Below, piece by piece: positions 40,247 through 50,677 of a stretch of DNA of 64,000 bases. The notes beneath the pieces were generated by a model, which saw only the letters and a list, made by a program, of their open reading frames with translations, was not told the origin of the DNA and did not search any database. The stretch is from an uncultured Actinomycetes bacterium. Lineage in GTDB: Bacteria > Actinomycetota > Thermoleophilia > Gaiellales > Gaiellaceae. Positions within the stretch are counted from its first letter, which is position 1. Each line of letters opens with the position of its first letter. The position numbers and the translations under genes are program-made. The stretch lies in contig CAWHNJ010000022.1 in the NCBI GenBank assembly GCA_963830835.1, positions 67,434 to 131,433 of the forward strand, written 5' to 3'.

Positions 40247-41151
40247 TCAGCCCGCCTCGGGCATGGCCGGCGGAGACGCGTCGGCTGTCGGCGATCGCCT
40301 CGGTCAGCCGGCGCTCGCATCGCGTCCTCGATCGACGTCCGCTGCTCGTCCGGCAGCCGCGCGCCCGCGATGCCGAGCGGATCGCGCTGCGCGCGCTGCC
40401 TCGATCTCCGCCGGGTCGCGGTTGTCGTCGCCCTTCGAGTGCGGGCTGTAGCGGTACGTGTTGAGCACGAGGAAGAACGGCCGCCCGCTCGCGCGCACCT
40501 TGGGCACGATCTCGGCGGCCGCGTCCCGGATCTCGGCCACGTCGGTCGTGTCCAGCTCCGCCGTCTCGATCCCGAAGGCTGCGCCGCGGTCCGCGATACC
40601 GCCCGCGAGCGTCAGGTGGCTGGGCGTCGACTGCGCGTAGAAGTTGTTCTCGACGACGACGAGCAGCGGCAGACCCCAGCGCGAGGCGATGTTGAGGCTC
40701 TCGTAGACGACGCCCTGGCCGAGCGTGCCGTCGCCGATGAAGGCGGTGGTCACCGCGCCGCTCCCGCGCTCCCGCTCGGCGAGCGCCATGCCGGTCGCGA
40801 CCGGCATCGTGCTCCCGAGCACGCCGTTCGAGTAGAAGCCGCCGTTAGCAGAGGTGCTGGCTGCCGCCCTTGCCGCCGCAGACGCCGCTCTGCGCGCCCC
40901 ATCACCTCGCCGCAGCAGCCCGTCCACGTCGTCGGTGAACGCGAGGTAGTGGCCGTGGCAGCGGTGGTTCGAGACGATCGACGTCGCGCCCCGGCTCGGA
41001 GGTGGTCGATCACGCCGACGGCGTTCGCCTCCTGGCCGATGTACGTGTGCGTCGTGCCGGCGAGCTTGCCGAGCGAGAAGAGCTCGAGCAGGCTCTCCTC
41101 GAAGCGACGGATGAGGTACATCCGCTCGTACAGGCGGGCGAGATCGGCCAT
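40247..41151 (-). pseudogene. TPP-dependent 2-oxoacid dehydrogenase E1 alpha subunit (set 1) with at least four frameshifts
   Basis: MADLARLYERMYLIRRFEESLLELFSLGKLAGTTHTYIGQEANAVGV / IVSNHRCHGHYLA / NGGFYSNGVLGSTMPVATGMAL...AFIGDGTLGQGVVYESLNIASRWGLPLLVVVENNFYAQ (TPP motif). The C-terminus is scrambled over three frames. Confidence 0.75.
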
Positions 41152-41218
41152 CGCTTGATCTTCGCTCAGCGTCTGGGGTTTGCCTGCCACGACTCGCGAG
41201 ACGGTACCCGAAGGACAA

Positions 41219-42414
41219 CTACAGGTAACCCGAGATCGGACAGGCGCTGCTCGACGAGCGCCTCCTCCTCGGCGCTGAGGCACCGCCGCGACACGCTCTC
41301 GAGCTCGTCGTACAGCCGCTCACGCACGTCGCCGGGCACGTCGTCCGGCACGGCTCTCGAGCTCGCGCGGATCGACGTCGAGCCGGTACGCCTGCTCCTC
41401 GCCCGGACTGGACCTGGACCGTCAGCTTCCACGGCGGCATGCCGCAGCGCGAGCTGCGACACGGCGCCCTTGTCGGTGCCCACGATCAAGCGCCGGGCGG
41501 TCGCCCTGCTCCGTGCCGTCGGCGAGCGGGAGCAGCGACGTCCCGTCGAGCCCGTCGATCGGTGCGTCCGCCAGCTCGAGCAGCGTCGGCATGAGGTCGA
41601 CGAGGCTCACCTGCGAGGGGACGGCAGCGGGCTCCAGCCGCCCCGGCGCGGAGACGATGAGCGGCACGCGCACGATCTCGTCGTAGAGGTCGGCGCCGTG
41701 CATGTGGTACGTGCCCTTGACCTGCGTCTTGTCCTCGTAGCGCTCGCCCCACGACTCGCCGTGGTCGGAGACGAACGCGACGGCCGTCGTCTCGCGCAGC
41801 CCGAGATCGTCGAGCGCCTGGAGAAAGCCTGCGAAGTGCGTCTCCGACTCGCGCTCCACCGACTGCCGGTAGCTCTCGCGCAGCGCCTCGAGCGCGGCGG
41901 GATCGCCCGACTGGATGCCGGCGATGATGTCCTCCTTCGCCTGGCGCCACTCCTTGCGCTCGGAGTGGAGCACGCCGTACGGCATGTGCGTCGTCCAGCT
42001 GTGGAACCACAGGCAGAACGGCCTCGAGCCGCGCTCGCGCAGCCACTCGACCACGCCGTCGAGCCGCTCGCTCGTCCCCGCGACGTTCGCCTCCGGAAAG
42101 TCGCGGAACAGATACCGCTCGTCGAAGACGAAGCTCCCCGTCTCGTAGCCGTAGGCCGCGGCAACCGTGAACAGCGTCGGCTGCGCGACGTCGAGCTCGG
42201 CGTCCCAGTGCAGGTACCCGTGATGATGCGGGTAGAGGCCGGTGATCATCGACGCGGTCGACGGGGCAGTCCACGGCGCTGCGCTGATTGCCTGGTCGAA
42301 GCGAACGCCGCCCGCGGCGAGCTCGTCGATGGTCGGCGTGGCGACCCGCCCTGCTCCGTAGCAGCCGACGTGGTCGAGGCGTAGCGCGTCGGCGACCCAG
42401 ACGACGAGGTTCAT
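41219..42414 (-). pseudogene. Sulfatase-like hydrolase/transferase (alkaline phosphatase superfamily) with several C-terminal frameshifts
   Basis: MNLVVWVADALRLDHVGCYG...AISAAPWTAPSTASMITGLYPHHHG...AFVSDHGESWGE...PLIVSAPG.... The C-terminal 90 aa are spread over three frames and end LSDLGYL-stop. Confidence 0.7.
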
Positions 42415-43787
42415 GCGGCCAGCTGCGCGGCGAGGCTGCGGCCGCGCATGTCCGATGGGATGTCCAGGCCGAGCAGGTCGAGCACGGTCGGGGCGACGTC
42501 CAGCAGGTGCGCGTCCAGCCGGCCGCGGGCGTCGACACCAGCGCCTGCGGCGACGATCATCCCGTCCTGGGCGTGGTTCGCGTCGTCCGGGCCCGTGTCG
42601 TTCTCGAGCGTGTGCACGCCCTCGTCCCCGCCGATCGTCGCCACCGAGCGCCACAGCAGGTCGCCGAAGATGACGATGAGGTCGGGCGCGACCCCGTTCA
42701 CCTCGGCGTAGAGCTCCTCTGGCCGGTAGACACGCGTCTCCATCGGTCGCCCCTGGTCGTCAGGGATCGCCGCCAGCCGCTCAGCAAGGTCGTCCCGCAC
42801 ACGCTCGTAGTCCTCGGGCGGGACGACGCCCGCCGGCTCTCGACCCTGGACGTTGAGGAAGATCCGCGCGTAGTAGCCGCCGTCGCCCCAGGCCGTCGTG
42901 CTCGACCAGTCGATGCCGACCTCGTGCGGCAGACAGACGCCGTTCGGCTCCGCTTCGAGGGCGAGCAGCCCTTCCCGCCGCAGCCACTCGTTGACGCGGA
43001 TGCCGCCGTCGAGGCGCTTCGCGCCGTGGTCGGAGACGACGAGCACGAGCGTCTCCTCGTCCGCGTGCCCGAGCAGGCGGCCGACGAGGCCGTCCACGTG
43101 CTTGTAGTAGTCGAGGATCGCGGTCTCGAACTCGTTGCCCGGCTCGTGCTTGCGGTGCTCGGCATCCATGAACTTCCAGAAGCCGTGATGGATGCGGTCA
43201 TGGCCCATCTCGACCATCGTGAACAGCTTCCACGGCCGCGTCGCGAGCAGGTGCTCGGCGAGCTGGAAGCGTCGGTCGGTCATCTCGTAGAGCTGCTCGA
43301 GCAGCCATGCCTTGTTCTCCGTGCGGAAGTCCTTGACATCGAAGACGTACTCGCCCACGACCTCCGCCACCTCGTCCTTGAGGCCGGGCGGGTACGTGTA
43401 CGTGCTCTCGACCGACGGCGTGAGAAAGCACGTGACGAGCGCGCCCCGCAGAGGCCGCGGCGGATACGTCCCCGGCACGCCGAGCACGATCGACGAGCCG
43501 CCGGCTCTCCCCACGAGGTCCCACAGCCGCGGCGCCTTGATGGCGCTGCCGTCGGCGATGAACCTCCCGTCGTAGGTGTGGTCCGAGCGGTTGCGAAACC
43601 CGTAGACGCCGAGATCGCCCGGGGTGCGGCTCGCCATCATGCAGGACCACGCCGGGACGGTGATCGGCGGCACGACCGACGTCAGGCGGCCGTGCACGCC
43701 GCGATCCATCAGCGCGGACAGCGTCGGCAGCTCGTCCCGCCATGCCTCGACGAGGGACGGCTCGGCGCTGTCCAGGCCGATCACCAT
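42411..43787 (-). CDS. Type I phosphodiesterase/nucleotide pyrophosphatase family protein (alkaline phosphatase superfamily)
   Basis: MVIGLDSAEPSLV...VVPPITVPAWSCMMASRTPGDLGVYGF...LVVSDHGA...NDTGPDDANHA. Intact. ATGA overlap with the sulfatase-like gene. Confidence 0.8.
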   Translation of the reverse strand: MVIGLDSAEPSLVEAWRDELPTLSALMDRGVHGRLTSVVPPITVPAWSCMMASRTPGDLGVYGFRNRSDHTYDGRFIADGSAIKAPRLWDLVGRAGGSSIVLGVPGTYPPRPLRGALVTCFLTPSVESTYTYPPGLKDEVAEVVGEYVFDVKDFRTENKAWLLEQLYEMTDRRFQLAEHLLATRPWKLFTMVEMGHDRIHHGFWKFMDAEHRKHEPGNEFETAILDYYKHVDGLVGRLLGHADEETLVLVVSDHGAKRLDGGIRVNEWLRREGLLALEAEPNGVCLPHEVGIDWSSTTAWGDGGYYARIFLNVQGREPAGVVPPEDYERVRDDLAERLAAIPDDQGRPMETRVYRPEELYAEVNGVAPDLIVIFGDLLWRSVATIGGDEGVHTLENDTGPDDANHAQDGMIVAAGAGVDARGRLDAHLLDVAPTVLDLLGLDIPSDMRGRSLAAQLAA

Positions 43788-43810
43788 CGCCTTCTGTACC
43801 CGGGCCTGGG

Positions 43811-43841
43811 CCACGGGCGCCCATGATAGATCGGCGCCCGT
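43811..43841. terminator. Perfect 10-bp inverted repeat CACGGGCGCC-N11-GGCGCCCGTG between the FAD oxidase stop and the phosphodiesterase start
   Basis: Read directly from the sequence. There is no U-tract, so it could be either a terminator or an operator. Confidence 0.35.
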
Positions 43842-43858
43842 GCGAGCCGGCCGCGACG

Positions 43859-45274
43859 TTACGAGCCCGCGGGCGTGATGTTGTTGTTGCGCCGGAAGAA
43901 GTTGTCCGGGTCGTACTTCGCCTTGATCTCCGAGAGCCGGCGGAGGTTCTTGCCGTGGGCGCTGTCCACGCCGACGTCCGTTCCCTCGTCCGAGATACCC
44001 GTGAAGTTGAGATAGACCGCACCGGTCCCGAATTCGTTGATCTCGGACCACGCGTCTCGCACCCAGCTGACGTTGTCGTCGTTCTCGGACGGATCGGTCC
44101 AGTTGCCGTCGACCGAGGCCATCCAGGGCGCCGTCCGCTCCGTGAACGCCGTGTCCTCCGCTCCCACGTTGTTGATCGCCCCTCCCCACAGGAACGTCAC
44201 CATCATCGTCAGCGGCGCAGGACGTGCTCGCGCAGTCTTGACGATCACGTCGATCGCATCGTCCGACAGCTCCTTCAGGAACGCAGACTTCCAGTAGCTC
44301 TGGTAGTGGTTGCGCGGGAAGAACCCGTCGAAGGCGCTCTGCACCGCGGTATACGGCATCGGCTGCGAGATGTCTGCGAACGGCGTGCCGAGCTCACGGA
44401 GCGGCTGGAGTGCCTTCATGCCTTCGTCCGCGTCCCCCGCATAGACCCCGCCGATCACGAGACAGTCCTGCTCGTGAACCTCGGGCGGCAGGCTCGGATC
44501 GGCGGGCATCGTCACGCCGATGGCGAGCGCCGTGACCTCGTCGGGAGCGGAGTTGCCGAAGTCGCGGAACTTCCGCAAGACCTCGTCCGCATCGGCCAGC
44601 GGATAGAAGACGCCCGCAAAGGCGACGATGGGGCCGAGCGGATGGAGGCGAAACGTGAATGATGTCGCGATCCCGAAGTTCCCGCCTCCGCCACGAATCC
44701 CCCAGTAGAGATCGGGATTCGAGTCCGCTGAAGCGATCCGGACTTGCCCGTCTGCACCGACGATCTCTGCCTCCACGAGGTTGTCGCACGAGAGCCCGTA
44801 CTTGCGGCGGAGCCAACCCTCGCCGCCTCCGAGCGTGAGCCCCGCGATCCCGGTGTCCGACACGATTCCGCCCGGTGCAGCCAGCCCGTGGAGCTGTGTC
44901 TCGCGGTCGACGTCGCCCCAAAGGGCGCCGCCCTGCGCGCGCACGAGGCGCGCCTCGGCGTCGACGAAGACGCCGTTCATCGGCGACAGGTCGATGAGCA
45001 TGCCCCCGTCTGTGCTCGACAGCCCGGCCACCGAGTGCCCGCCGCCGCGCACGGTGACTTCGAGACCGTTCTCGCGGGCGAAGTTGACCGCGACGACGAC
45101 GTCGGCTGTCCCCGTGCACTGCACGATGAGGGCCGGCTGGTCGGCCTGCATGGCGTTGTACGGGGCCCGCACGTTCTCGTACCCGGAGTCGCCCGGCGTG
45201 AGGACATTGCCGCGGAGGAGCAAACGAAGCTCGTCCAGCGCTTCGCCCGAGATCGTCGAGAGGATCGTGGCCAT
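43859..45274 (-). CDS. FAD-linked oxidase with a berberine-bridge-enzyme (BBE) C-terminal domain
   Basis: VTVRGGGHSVAGLS...DLYWGIRGGGGNFGI...YLNF...NLRRLSEIKAKYDPDNFFRRNNNI. Intact, 471 aa. Confidence 0.9.
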   Translation of the reverse strand: MATILSTISGEALDELRLLLRGNVLTPGDSGYENVRAPYNAMQADQPALIVQCTGTADVVVAVNFARENGLEVTVRGGGHSVAGLSSTDGGMLIDLSPMNGVFVDAEARLVRAQGGALWGDVDRETQLHGLAAPGGIVSDTGIAGLTLGGGEGWLRRKYGLSCDNLVEAEIVGADGQVRIASADSNPDLYWGIRGGGGNFGIATSFTFRLHPLGPIVAFAGVFYPLADADEVLRKFRDFGNSAPDEVTALAIGVTMPADPSLPPEVHEQDCLVIGGVYAGDADEGMKALQPLRELGTPFADISQPMPYTAVQSAFDGFFPRNHYQSYWKSAFLKELSDDAIDVIVKTARARPAPLTMMVTFLWGGAINNVGAEDTAFTERTAPWMASVDGNWTDPSENDDNVSWVRDAWSEINEFGTGAVYLNFTGISDEGTDVGVDSAHGKNLRRLSEIKAKYDPDNFFRRNNNITPAGS

Positions 45275-45434
45275 AGCTAGCCCCCTTTCGAGCCCGCCAT
45301 CGAGCGGGACAGGTCAATCCACGCTAAGCCCTGGGAGCATGCCAAAGGTCCGGCCGATCAGCCGATTGGATTCAGGTCGGCGCGGGAACGAAGAGCTGGC
45401 CTAACACGGCGACCGGGAGGGGTAGTCTGAGCCG

Positions 45435-46305
45435 ATGCCCGGGAAGAGCGTCGAAGCGCGGTGCGCCGTTCCGGCGGCCGAGCTGAGACCGCTCGTCGAC
45501 AGCTACAGCGGCATTCGCTATACGGGCTTCGCACCTGGCACCCATCTTGGGCTGCCGTCGCGCCATCTGACGGTGGCCGTGAGTCTCGGCGTCCCCGCTC
45601 AGCGTCGCCCTTTCAGACCTGTCGACTATGGCTCGGCCGTTCCGCGCTCTCGCCGCCGGATTGCACACGCGCCCTGCGCTCGTCTTCCACGACGGCAGCC
45701 AGGACGCAGTCTCGTTCGAGCTGACGCCGCTGGGGGCCCGCTCTCTGCTCGGAGTGCCTGCGGCGGAGCTGGCGGGCACCGTCGTTGAGCTCGACGACCT
45801 GCTCCCGGGCGACGCGGCCGAGCTGATGGATCGCGTTGCCGCAGCAGCGGACTGGTCAGTCCGCTTCGCCGTCCTCGACGATGTGCTTGCTCCGACGCGC
45901 CCGTCGCACGGACGTGTCCGAAGGTGCCGTCGAGCGCGCGTGGCACAGGATCGTCAAGACCGGCGGCCGAATTCGCGTCGACGAGCTCGCGCGCGAGATC
46001 GGGCTACAGCCGACGTCAGCTCACGAAGCGTTTCACGGGTGAGTACGGCGTCACGCCCAAGCAGGCGCTCGCGCGTCGTCCGCTTCGAACAGTCGTGGCA
46101 CGCATTGCGGCGTCTCGAACGCCGGCGCCGTACGTCGCCGGCTCGCAGGCGCCCGTCCCTCGCCGAGATCGCCGTCAGGTGTGGCTACTCCGACCAGTCT
46201 CACCTCGCGCGCGAATGGAACGAGCTGGCCGGCTGCCCACCTTCGGCGTGGCTCGCCCAGGAAGAGCTCCCATTCGTCCAAGACGCCGGATCCGAGCCCG
46301 CGTAG
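45435..46305 (+). pseudogene. AraC-family transcriptional regulator with at least five frameshifts
   Basis: HTH pieces are scattered over three frames: RIRVDELAREIG / YSRRQLTKRFTGEYGVTPKQ / VVRFEQSWHALRRLE...SLAEIAVRCGYSDQSHLAREWNELAGCPPSAW. Confidence 0.7.
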
Positions 46306-46315
46306 CCTGAACGGC

Positions 46316-46762
46316 ATGAACACACACGTCTCCCCCAATCTCGGATACACGGATGCGAGGGCGGTGATTCGCTTCCTCGTCGACGCCCTCGGCTTCGAGG
46401 TGGCCGTCCTCTACGAGCGGAGCTCCGACGGCAGTGTCGCCCACGCCGAGCTGCGCTGGCCAGGCGGCGGCAGCGTCATGCTGCACACGGCCGAAGGCAA
46501 GCCCGTTGCCGATCTGCCAGCGCCTTCGACAGCTGGCGGGTACCCCGCGTACTCCATCCATCTCGGCACGAGCGACCCCGACGAGCTGTTCGTGCACGCC
46601 GTGGCTGCAGGAGCGAACGTGGTGCGCAAGGTCGAAGACTCCGCCGTCGGCACGCGCGGCTTCATCGTCAGCGACCCCGAAGGTCTCTACTGGAGCGTGG
46701 GCACGCCGCTCCCGGCGTTGACGCGCGACGGCGAAGGACACTGGCGGCCGCGACACGACTAG
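46316..46762 (+). CDS. VOC/glyoxalase family protein
   Basis: MNTHVSPNLGYTDARAVIRFLVDALGFEVAVLYE...VAHAELRWPGGGSVML...TRGFIVSDPEGLYWSVG. Intact. Confidence 0.8.
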   Translation: MNTHVSPNLGYTDARAVIRFLVDALGFEVAVLYERSSDGSVAHAELRWPGGGSVMLHTAEGKPVADLPAPSTAGGYPAYSIHLGTSDPDELFVHAVAAGANVVRKVEDSAVGTRGFIVSDPEGLYWSVGTPLPALTRDGEGHWRPRHD

Positions 46763-47682
46763 AGGATCTCCACGACGTCGTCATCCGCGAGCACGTGGGC
46801 GGCGCCGACGCGTTGTCCGTCGAACTTCGCGGACGGTCCCCAGACACGCGCGCCCTTGCACGCCTCGGCGAGATCGTGGTGGACCGTGGCCGCGGCGTCG
46901 ACGACCGTCGCTCCCGGCATGAGTGCCATAGCCTCCGCCTCGGTGTCGCCCGGCCGGCGCAGGAACACGCGAATGAGCCCCGTCAGCCGCCACAGCTCGT
47001 CGCGCAGCCGATCGAGACTCTCGTCGTCGAGCACGGAGACACCCACAGCCGGCAGCCCGGCCGCGCGCGCGATCCGGTCGACCGCACCCGGGTCAGCCTC
47101 GTCGAGCTTCGTCACGGCGAGGATCGCCCGCTGGGAGATCGCAGCCCGCTCGAGCTCGCCGAGCACGGCCGTCAGCCCGTCGAGCGGCGCCGAGGCGTCC
47201 TGGCAGAGCACCATCGCATCGGCGCTGCGCAGCACGCCCAGTAAAGCCCGGCCGTCGCCGCGCCCGTCGGCTGCGCCCTCGATCAGGCCGGGGATCTCCA
47301 CCAGCTGGACGAGCACGCCGCGCAGCCGCGTCAGCGCCGGCACCGGCCTGAGCGTCGTGAACGCATAGTCGCCCGTCTTGATCTGGATCGACGACAGCGC
47401 CTGGAGCAGCGACGACTTGCCCGCGTTGGGCGGGCCGACGATCGCGATCTGCGCCGCGCCCTCCCGGCGCACGGCGATGGCGTCGCGATGGACGACCTTC
47501 TTGCGGACGCGAGACGCTTCGATCTCGGCGTTCACCCACTTGCGAATGTCCGCGTACGGCCCGTTCCGGTACCCGGGCAGCTCGAGGAGAATGCTCTTGA
47601 GCTCCCTGATCCGCTCGGCGCCGTCCTTGCCGACGAGCCGGCGCTTGATGAGCTGCATCTGCGTGCGATGCGGCATCGGCAT
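46759..47682 (-). CDS. OBG/DRG-type GTPase with a C-terminal TGS domain
   Basis: IAIVGPPNAGKSSLLQAL (G1), YAFTTLRPVPA (G2), VEIPGLIEGA (G3), VTKLD (G4). The C-terminal LIRVFLRRPGD...VHHDLAEACKGARVWG...RVGAAHVLADDDVVEI is TGS-like. Confidence 0.8.
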   Translation of the reverse strand: MPMPHRTQMQLIKRRLVGKDGAERIRELKSILLELPGYRNGPYADIRKWVNAEIEASRVRKKVVHRDAIAVRREGAAQIAIVGPPNAGKSSLLQALSSIQIKTGDYAFTTLRPVPALTRLRGVLVQLVEIPGLIEGAADGRGDGRALLGVLRSADAMVLCQDASAPLDGLTAVLGELERAAISQRAILAVTKLDEADPGAVDRIARAAGLPAVGVSVLDDESLDRLRDELWRLTGLIRVFLRRPGDTEAEAMALMPGATVVDAAATVHHDLAEACKGARVWGPSAKFDGQRVGAAHVLADDDVVEIL

Positions 47683-47954
47683 CGCGATCACCTTCCCTTC
47701 GTTCGTGCGGGAAGGCGCGCGCTCTACCCGGCCGCTTCCGCGGCCACGGTGGCGCGTCCCTGTCCCGCCGCTCTCTCGGACGCTGGAGGTCGAGAGCGGC
47801 GGATCAGCCTGTTTTGTTCGAACAGGCGTGGAGCCAGGATCGTTCTGCTGCACTCATCGCGCTGCGAGGGTACCGCATGTGGCGAACGGCCTGCCTTGCA
47901 CGCTCGTGTCGACTGTGCCATTGTCGGCCCGTGAACTCGGCCAAAGGAGCCCAG

Positions 47955-48540
47955 ATGGACACGACGCGCCGCCCGTTCCACTTCATCGTCGCTCTCGCGG
48001 GAGCACTCGCTGGTCTGCTGCGCTGCTTGCCGCGACAGCCTCCGCAGGGCCGGCACCGCAGACATCGAGCCGCCGGACCCGCTCGATCCGCGCACGACCG
48101 CGCCGGACAGCCGACTCTTCCTCGTTACGCACGCGATCGGCTTCCAGACCTACCAGTGCAACGCGACCGGCACGGCCTGGGTTTTCACCGGCCCCGTGGC
48201 CACCCTGTACAAGACGACCGGCAAGTCGAAGCCGATCGGTACGCACTTCCGGAACCCCGTGACCACTCGTCCCGTCTGGGAACTGAAGGACGGCAGCTCC
48301 GTCGAAGCGGCAGCGATCGTGACGGTAGCCGCGGGAGCGGGGAACATTCCGTGGCTGCTGCTCCAGGCAGCTGTGACGACGGCCGGCGCCGACGGCGACC
48401 GCCTGACTCAGACCACGTACATCCAGCGGCTGAACACGGTGGGCGGCGTGGCTCCCCCGGTGCCGTGTTCACCCGGCACGACCATGGCCGTCCCCTACAC
48501 AGCCGACTACTTCTTCTGGAGAGCGCAGGGCGCCGGCTGA
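47955..48540 (+). CDS. DUF3455-family secreted protein with 1-2 frameshifts in the signal-peptide region
   Basis: AAAGGAG SD, then MDTTRRPFHFIVALAGALAGLL. Body: LFLVTHAIGFQTYQC...PVATLYKTTGKSKPIGTHF...PVWELKDGS...IPWLLLQA...TYIQRLNTVGGVAP...VPYTADYFFW. Confidence 0.65.
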
Positions 48541-48560
48541 AGGAGCTTGACCACGGACGC

Positions 48561-49046
48561 GTGAACGCTCCCACTCGACCGTCGGTTCACGGCACCGCAG
48601 CAGGCGAGGCGTACTGGGGCCCCGGCGACAGGTACGTCTTCCACGTCACGGGCGCCGAATCGGGCGGCTCGATGTTCGCGTTCGACTGCCTCGTCGGCCC
48701 GGGCGGTGGACCGCCGCCGCACCGCCACCTCGCCGAGGACGAGCTGTTCTTCCTCTACGAGGGCTCGATCGAGCTCCACGCCGCCGGCGAGACCCACGTG
48801 GTCTCGGCCGGCGAGGCGATCTTCGTGCCGAAGGGAACGGCCCACAGCTACAGGAACGTCGGTGATGGCAGCGCGCTCATGTACACGATCTACACGCCCG
48901 CCGGCATGGAGGGGTGGTTCCGCGAGGTCTTCGACCGGGTCCAGCCAGGAGACTTCGACAAGACGCCGCCGCCCGCCGACGAGGCGATGATCGCGCGGAT
49001 GCTCGAGGCGGGGCCGCGCTACAACGTCGAGTGGGTCTCGGAGTGA
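48561..49046 (+). CDS. Cupin-domain protein
   Basis: GGPPPHRHLAEDELFFLYEGSIELHAAGETHVVSAGEAIFVPKGTAHSYRNVG (cupin motifs 1 and 2). Confidence 0.75.
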   Translation: MNAPTRPSVHGTAAGEAYWGPGDRYVFHVTGAESGGSMFAFDCLVGPGGGPPPHRHLAEDELFFLYEGSIELHAAGETHVVSAGEAIFVPKGTAHSYRNVGDGSALMYTIYTPAGMEGWFREVFDRVQPGDFDKTPPPADEAMIARMLEAGPRYNVEWVSE

Positions 49047-50673
49047 CTACGTTCGCGAGAGGATCGCTCGCAGGGCGTCGCCGACTGCCGTCCGCCGCAT
49101 CTCCGCTTCGCGCTCGGCGCGCCACGCGACGAAGCCGTCGGGCCTGAGGATCGTCGCTCCGCTGTCCCCGAGACCGTAGACCCCGCCGAAGCGTCCCTCG
49201 ACGTCGCCGAGATCGTCCGCCCCGACACGGTGCGCGGCGAGGGGGACACCGAGCTCGGCTGCCGCCTCCCTCGCGCCGTCACACCATGCCTTCCCGTCGG
49301 GCCCGGTAACGAGCGCCAGCTGCGGGCCGACGAGGTCGAGTGTCGAGATCCGTTCGCCGGCTCGCTCGAGCCAGACGTGCGGCGCGCGCGTGCCCGGGGA
49401 CGCGGACGGCTCGTGTGGGTTCTCGTAGAGGAGCCCGTCGTCGCCGGAGGTGGCGACGACTGCCTGCGAGCGGTAGCGATAGCCGAGGTCGATGCTCGCG
49501 TCCTCGACGTAGGCGGCGAGGTTGTCCGTGCCGAGGCTCGGGTCGAGGCGTGTGACGTAGCGCATGTATGCCTGCTCGGCCGTGAACTCCGCAACCGGGC
49601 GCCGCTCGGCGTCGTACGTGTCGAGAAGCGCCTCGCCTGCGTGGCCGTGCAGGACGTACGCAAGCTTCCAGGCGAGGTTGTGCGCGCTGTGGACGCCGGT
49701 GTTGCCGCCGAAGCCGCCCGTCGGCGGCATGACGTGCGCGGCGTCGCCGGCGATGAAGACGCAACCCTCGCGCATCCGCTCGGCCCAGTTGGCCTCGGCG
49801 TTCCACTTCTGGACGTTCTCGATCTCGATCGGCAGCTCGGCGGCGCGCCGAGTGCTCGCGGACGTACTCCACGCACTTCTCGGCGCTCGTGTCGTCCCAC
49901 AGCTGCCGCGACAGCTCGCCGTTCTCGTCCACCGCCGAGTTGACCGCGAGGAAGCCGGCCTGTCCGTCGAGCGAGAAGCGGAAGAACCCCTGCACTCGCG
50001 GCCCGAAGACATACACGACGCTGAGGTTCCGCTCCCCGATTAGCTCCCGCACATCGGCGCGAAAGTAGATCGTGATGCTCTCGGAGAAGCTGCCGTGCCC
50101 GCGAGTCGCGATCCCGAGTTGCTGCCGGATCGGGCTGTGCGTCCCGTCGGCGGCGACGACGTAGCGCGCCCCGACCGTCCGCTCGCGGCCCGTCTCCCGG
50201 TTTCGCACAACCGCAGTCGCACCGTCCTCTCCCCCTTTGAGCGACATGAGCTCTGCGCCGTACTCGAGGCGCGCTCCGAGCTTCGCCGCGCGCTCCTTCA
50301 AGACCGGCTCGAGCCCGATCTGCGTGATGAAGAGACGTGGCGCGGGGCTCAGATGCTCGACGCCGTCGTTGATCGAGCGGAAGTACCACTCGAGCTCCTC
50401 GCCACCCAGCGACTTCACCGACATGATGGCGCCGTTCTGGAGGAACTCCTTCTCCGACGCCGCCACAACCTCGTCCTGGATGCCCGCGCTCCGGTACGTC
50501 TCGATCGTGCGCTGGAGAAAGCCCGCCGCACGCGGGTGGATCGCCGTGCCTGGGTGCCGCTCGACGACGAGGTGGTCGACCCCGTGCTGGGCGAGGAACA
50601 GCGACGTCGACAGCCCGACAAGGCTGCCGCCGACGACGAGGACGGGGACTTTTTCGTCGATCGTCTTCCCCAG
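49047..50673 (-). CDS. FAD-dependent aromatic-ring monooxygenase (PheA/TfdB family), frameshift near 49855, start codon unresolved
   Basis: KVPVLVVGGSLVGLSTSLFLAQHGVDHLVVERH (GxGxxG) ...ARYVVAADGTHSPIR... / CVFIAGDAAHVMPPTGGFGGNTGVHSAHNLAWKL. There is no ATG/GTG/TTG upstream of the FAD motif; CTG 50673 follows a GGGAG SD. Confidence 0.85.
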
Positions 50674-50677
50674 CTCC

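Noticed and set aside
41219-42414. Calling this gene an arylsulfatase
   Set aside because: The formylglycine motif C/S-x-P-x-R is replaced by T-A-P-S-T, so only the broader call 'sulfatase-like hydrolase/transferase' is justified.
47683-47954. A 270-bp intergenic region with hairpins CCGCTCTC-N16-GAGAGCGG (47768-99) and CCTGTT-N7-AACAGG (47808-26, containing GTTCGAAC). I considered an sRNA or a LexA SOS box.
   Set aside because: GTTCGAAC lacks the TCGAAC-N4-GTTCGA spacing of actinobacterial SOS boxes. There is no terminator-like U-tract and no recognisable RNA family. I left it as ordinary divergent promoter space.
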